Positions 61,170-64,000 of a stretch of 64,000 bases of DNA are shown here, piece after piece. Location: positions 330,425 through 394,424 of the forward strand of contig CAWFPD010000004.1 of assembly GCA_963817725.1 (NCBI GenBank), read 5' to 3'. Numbering within the stretch: the stretch's first letter is position 1; every line of letters starts with the position of its first letter. A program made the position numbers and the translations under genes. Source of the DNA: an uncultured delta proteobacterium (GTDB lineage: Bacteria; Myxococcota_A; Polyangia; Polyangiales; Houyiibacteriaceae). Below the pieces are notes generated by a model, which was not told the origin of the DNA, searched no databases, and saw nothing but the letters and a program-made list of their open reading frames with translations.

Positions 61170-62483
61170 ATGACCACATGGACCGTACTTGCTTTCTTCG
61201 TCGCAGTCGCATTTGCCTTGAACCTCTATTGGAGGCGCCAGGAGCAGGCGCGCACTGAGACGGGCCGCCAGGAGCTCGAAGAGCTACGCGCGATGGGGGA
61301 CCTGGTCCCGGCCAGCATTCACCCTGAGATCGACCCGCTCCGATGTATCGGCTCGGGGGCTTGCGTCTACGCCTGCCCCGAGAAGAGCGTGCTGACCGTG
61401 GTCAATGGCAGGGGCGTGCTGACCAATCCCCTCGGTTGCATCGGACACGGCGCTTGCGCATCGGCGTGCCCCGTGCAGGCGATCTCCCTCGTGTTCGGCA
61501 CCGTCCAGCGCGGGCTCGAGCTCCCGCAGGTCGATTCCAACTTTCAGACGAACCAGCCCGGCGTCTACATCGTCGGCGAGCTCGGCGGGATGGGGCTCAT
61601 CCGCAACGCGGTGTCCCAGGGGCGGCAGGCCGCGGAGCATATCGTGGCGAGCGATCGAAGGGGAGCGGGTGAGTGCCTGGACGCGTTGGTCGTCGGCGCA
61701 GGCCCGGCCGGCACCAGTGCGACGCTTCGTCTCATGGAAGCGGGACTACGGGTGTTGTTGCTCGAACGCGAAGCCTTTGGCGGCACGATTGCGCATTATC
61801 CCCGGGCAAAGGTCGTGATGACGGGATCCCTCGACTTCCCGATGTACGGGCGCGTATCGAAGCGAAAGATGAGCAAAGAGCAGCTGGTCACGCTTTGGGA
61901 AGATATTCGCGACAAGACCGACCTGCATGTCGCCGTGGGCGAGCTCGTCCAAAAGATCGAGCCTGCAAGCGATGGCAGCTGGATGGTCCATGCCACGACC
62001 GGTGTCTTTCGAGCTGCTAACGTGCTCCTGGCGCTCGGGCGCCGTGGCTCTCCACGCAAGCTCGATGTACCCGGTGAGGAGCGCGCCAAAGTGGCGTACC
62101 GGGTCATCGAGCCGGAGGTGTTCAGAGACCAGCACGTGCTCGTGGTGGGAGGCGGCAATGCAGCCGTGGAGTCGGCTTTTGCGTTGATCGACGAGGGGCA
62201 ATGCGCCTCGGTGAGCATCAGCTACCGGAAAAACAGCTTTGCCAGGTGCCGTCAGCCGAATCGAAAGCGGGTCGAAGCGGAAATCGAAGCGGGTCGGCTG
62301 ACCGCGTTGATGGGCACAGAGGTCGAGGAGATCCTCGAAGATCGAGTCACGCTTCGCAATGGGTCCGCAGAGCGGATCTCCATCCGGAACGACGCCGTGG
62401 TGGTTCAGATCGGCGGGACAGCACCAACCGATTTGCTTCAGGGCATCGGTGTCGAGATCGTGACCAAATACGGAGAGGCCTAG
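61170..62483 (+). CDS. Membrane-anchored ferredoxin-like / FAD-NAD(P) pyridine-nucleotide-disulfide-type oxidoreductase
   Basis: N-terminal TM helix (WTVLAFFVAVAFALNLYW). Two three-Cys ferredoxin-like motifs, CIGSGACVYACP and CIGHGACASACP. Dinucleotide folds ALVVGAGPAGTSATLRL and VLVVGGGNAAVESA. Confidence 0.7.
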   Translation: MTTWTVLAFFVAVAFALNLYWRRQEQARTETGRQELEELRAMGDLVPASIHPEIDPLRCIGSGACVYACPEKSVLTVVNGRGVLTNPLGCIGHGACASACPVQAISLVFGTVQRGLELPQVDSNFQTNQPGVYIVGELGGMGLIRNAVSQGRQAAEHIVASDRRGAGECLDALVVGAGPAGTSATLRLMEAGLRVLLLEREAFGGTIAHYPRAKVVMTGSLDFPMYGRVSKRKMSKEQLVTLWEDIRDKTDLHVAVGELVQKIEPASDGSWMVHATTGVFRAANVLLALGRRGSPRKLDVPGEERAKVAYRVIEPEVFRDQHVLVVGGGNAAVESAFALIDEGQCASVSISYRKNSFARCRQPNRKRVEAEIEAGRLTALMGTEVEEILEDRVTLRNGSAERISIRNDAVVVQIGGTAPTDLLQGIGVEIVTKYGEA

Positions 62484-63169
62484 TCGCCGCGATTGATGCC
62501 GTCTGCATGGCAGTCGAGGCAGAAATTCGGCGGCGCCGCTCCACTCGGATAGTTACCGACCTCGTTGTGCTTTGGATCCATCCGGGCCCGCGTGTGCGCA
62601 CCGTCGTGGCAACCGACACAATCGGCGTTCTCGCCATTCACAGGTGAGCCGAGATCCGGGTTGTGACAGGATACACAGTCATTGCGGTAGGGCGAGTGCG
62701 GCCCGCTTTGAATCGGGAAGGCGTTTTCCGGATGCGTGCCACCGGTCGCGGGTGTCCAAGCGGTCGTAGTGTGACAGTTCTGGCAGGTCGTGGGGAACTC
62801 CGAATGGCCCGGGAATGGGCTCGAATCGTAGTCGGCTTGATGACAACCCACACAAGCCGTCGGCGTGCCCGCGTACACCGGCGGATCGCCCACGTGACAC
62901 GAGCCGCAATCGAGACTCTCGTGTGCGCCGGTCAGCGGCCATTGATGCTGGAACTCGGCCGGCGACCAAGCATCGCTGTTGTGGCAGGTCCCGCAGGTAT
63001 CTGGGAAACCCTCATGCGGCGGGTTCAGCGCGTGCTGCACATCGGCTGCGTGGCACACGATGCAATCGCTGCTGCGAACCTTCATCCGCTCGTGGTCCTG
63101 CGCGCTGCCCCCAATGCAGGCGTGAATGAACCACACCACGACGATCAACCCGATCCTCAACGCTCGCAT
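62480..63169 (-). CDS. Octahaem c-type cytochrome, secreted (possibly lipidated)
   Basis: Eight CxxCH motifs: CIVCH, CGTCH, CGSCH, CVGCH, CQNCH, CVSCH, CVGCH, CLDCH. The start is placed at MRALRIGLIVVVWFIHAC. Confidence 0.8.
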   Translation of the reverse strand: MRALRIGLIVVVWFIHACIGGSAQDHERMKVRSSDCIVCHAADVQHALNPPHEGFPDTCGTCHNSDAWSPAEFQHQWPLTGAHESLDCGSCHVGDPPVYAGTPTACVGCHQADYDSSPFPGHSEFPTTCQNCHTTTAWTPATGGTHPENAFPIQSGPHSPYRNDCVSCHNPDLGSPVNGENADCVGCHDGAHTRARMDPKHNEVGNYPSGAAPPNFCLDCHADGINRGD

Positions 63170-63350
63170 CGACCCTCTCGAAGAAGAAAAAGCCAGATCT
63201 TCAAGATAGCAGTCGTAGCGTAATCCAGGTAGTCGAGCGTGGATACTTTCTAGATTACATAAGATGCTGAAAACATAGCGTTTTAGTTGATTGACATTCC
63301 GTGACAAGATTAATCTATCAGGGTTATATAATTAAGATAGATTATAACCC
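63170..63350. promoter_or_regulatory. AT-rich divergent control region between two multihaem cytochrome genes
   Basis: A strong AT island. Repeated AAGATAG (63203-63209, 63334-63340) and TAGATTA (63251-63257, 63338-63344). The inverted repeat GGTTATA-N14-TATAACC (63322-63349) ends 1 nt before the ATG. The 12-mer CTGAAAACATAG (63267-63278) is shared with 16177-16188. Confidence 0.55.
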
Positions 63351-64000
63351 ATGAGGGTGAGTACGGGTATCCTGCTGATGGCGGTTGGCGCCAGCGCCCT
63401 GATCGGCGTCGGGTGCAGTGGGGACACGGGCGCCTCGCATGAGCCAGGGACGGTCCGTCAAGCCGAATGCATCACGTGCCATGAGGCGGACCGCAAAGGA
63501 GCGCTCAGTCCACCGCACGACAGCCTGCCAACTACCTGTCAGGACTGCCACTCTGAGCATCAGTGGATCCCCGCGCTGTCGACCACGATTCACACGCCAC
63601 TTCCGGCATCGTGCTTGACGTGTCACGAAGACGAGCCGCGGCCCGAGACGATCTTCCACACGCAGATGCTCGACCCGGAGTGCGCCCGCTGCCATCGAAG
63701 CTTTCCCGATTGGACACGGGCTGACTTCCTTCACGCCCCGGTGCCTGAAACCTGCAACGCTTGCCACAGCGATCTCAGACCCGACACGCCGACTCATCAA
63801 TCCGCCGCGGGCCAGGGCGATTGTGCCTCGTGCCACATCGTCACCGACTGGTCCGTCACCGACCCAGCGGAGCTCCACACGCCACTTCCGGCATCGTGCT
63901 CGACGTGTCACCAAAACGAACAGCGTGAGCAGACGGTCTTCCACACCCAGGTGCTCGAGCCGGAGTGCGCCAGCTGCCACCAGAACTATCCGGATTGGAC
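63351..64000 (+). CDS. Modular multihaem c-type cytochrome lipoprotein; 5' part, open at the 3' window edge (not in the supplied ORF track)
   Basis: My own translation from the ATG at 63351 reads MRVSTGILLMAVGASALIGVGCSGD..., has no stop through 64000, and carries lipobox IGVGC. Eight CxxCH so far: CITCH, CQDCH, CLTCH, CARCH, CNACH, CASCH, CSTCH, CASCH. A 285-nt module begins to repeat at 63591 and 63876. Confidence 0.8.
   Translation, partial: MRVSTGILLMAVGASALIGVGCSGDTGASHEPGTVRQAECITCHEADRKGALSPPHDSLPTTCQDCHSEHQWIPALSTTIHTPLPASCLTCHEDEPRPETIFHTQMLDPECARCHRSFPDWTRADFLHAPVPETCNACHSDLRPDTPTHQSAAGQGDCASCHIVTDWSVTDPAELHTPLPASCSTCHQNEQREQTVFHTQVLEPECASCHQNYPDW

Noticed and set aside
62480-62483. 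Convergent genes sharing a palindromic CTAG, so that both stop codons overlap (also at 44461-44464)
   Set aside because: A neat observation, but compatible with chance in a very compact genome. No further signal is attached to it.
63342-63980. 212-aa minus-strand ORF listed in the track
   Set aside because: It is exactly antisense to an uninterrupted plus-strand frame that has a lipoprotein signal and eight CxxCH motifs. Its own translation is Arg/Ala-rich with no motif. It is a shadow ORF typical of high-GC DNA.

Overview
High-GC, gene-dense chromosomal segment with about 60 protein-coding genes. I recognised no rRNA, tRNA, CRISPR array, transposase or integrase. Gene content suggests Myxococcota (inference): many lipoproteins with Gly/Thr linkers after the lipobox Cys, a PEGA-tailed Ser/Thr kinase beside a sigma-54 enhancer-binding protein, and a CarH-type B12 regulator. 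Many genes are translationally coupled through ATGA/GTGA overlaps. Content from left to right: (1) the 3' end of an HME-RND metal pump, with DUF3347 and DUF202 genes and a decayed WS/DGAT pseudogene. (2) An orphan TRAP binding protein. (3) A 3beta-HSD-like / unknown / Tat-signal small subunit / GMC flavoprotein operon, divergent from a KstD-like flavoprotein, followed by a GH31 hydrolase. (4) Small genes, then a Zn-peptidase/ATP-grasp pair. (5) A DUF1588/1585-like plus DUF1501 pair behind an AT-rich control region. (6) A CarH-like (MerR + Wx9EH + B12 domain) regulator in an operon with an SDR-DUF2867 gene. Its promoter carries two tandem 11-bp repeats that fit the CarH operator pattern. It is divergent from an operon of two KshA-like Rieske oxygenases, a BphC/HsaC-like extradiol dioxygenase, a hemerythrin-like protein and a ferredoxin. 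(7) A second GMC/Tat-subunit pair, coupled to a small membrane protein. (8) A frameshifted PGM1-like ATP-grasp ligase with an AstE/AspA-like deacylase. (9) A kinase / sigma-54 EBP / PEGA protein group. (10) An island of four secreted lipoproteins: a previously unnamed 8 x 52-aa repeat protein, a near-consensus sigma-54 promoter, and a pectin-acetylesterase/Notum-like esterase. (11) A sulfur-handling cluster: split YeeE/YedE, persulfide dioxygenase-rhodanese, DsbA-like protein and TauE. (12) Lipid-type genes: SDR, OYE, APH-like, AMACR-like CoA-transferase, PFK, alpha/beta hydrolase and an intact WS/DGAT. (13) The most striking feature is a multihaem cytochrome locus at 55952-64000. Its core is a four-gene, stop/start-overlapped operon: His-rich polytopic membrane protein, then a 20-haem cytochrome, a 10-haem cytochrome and a 558-aa predicted outer-membrane beta-barrel. 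Alongside it are a membrane-anchored FeS/FAD oxidoreductase, an 8-haem cytochrome, and a further modular multihaem lipoprotein gene. That last gene runs off the window and is absent from the supplied ORF track. All product calls come from reading motifs in the translations by eye. No database search was run.
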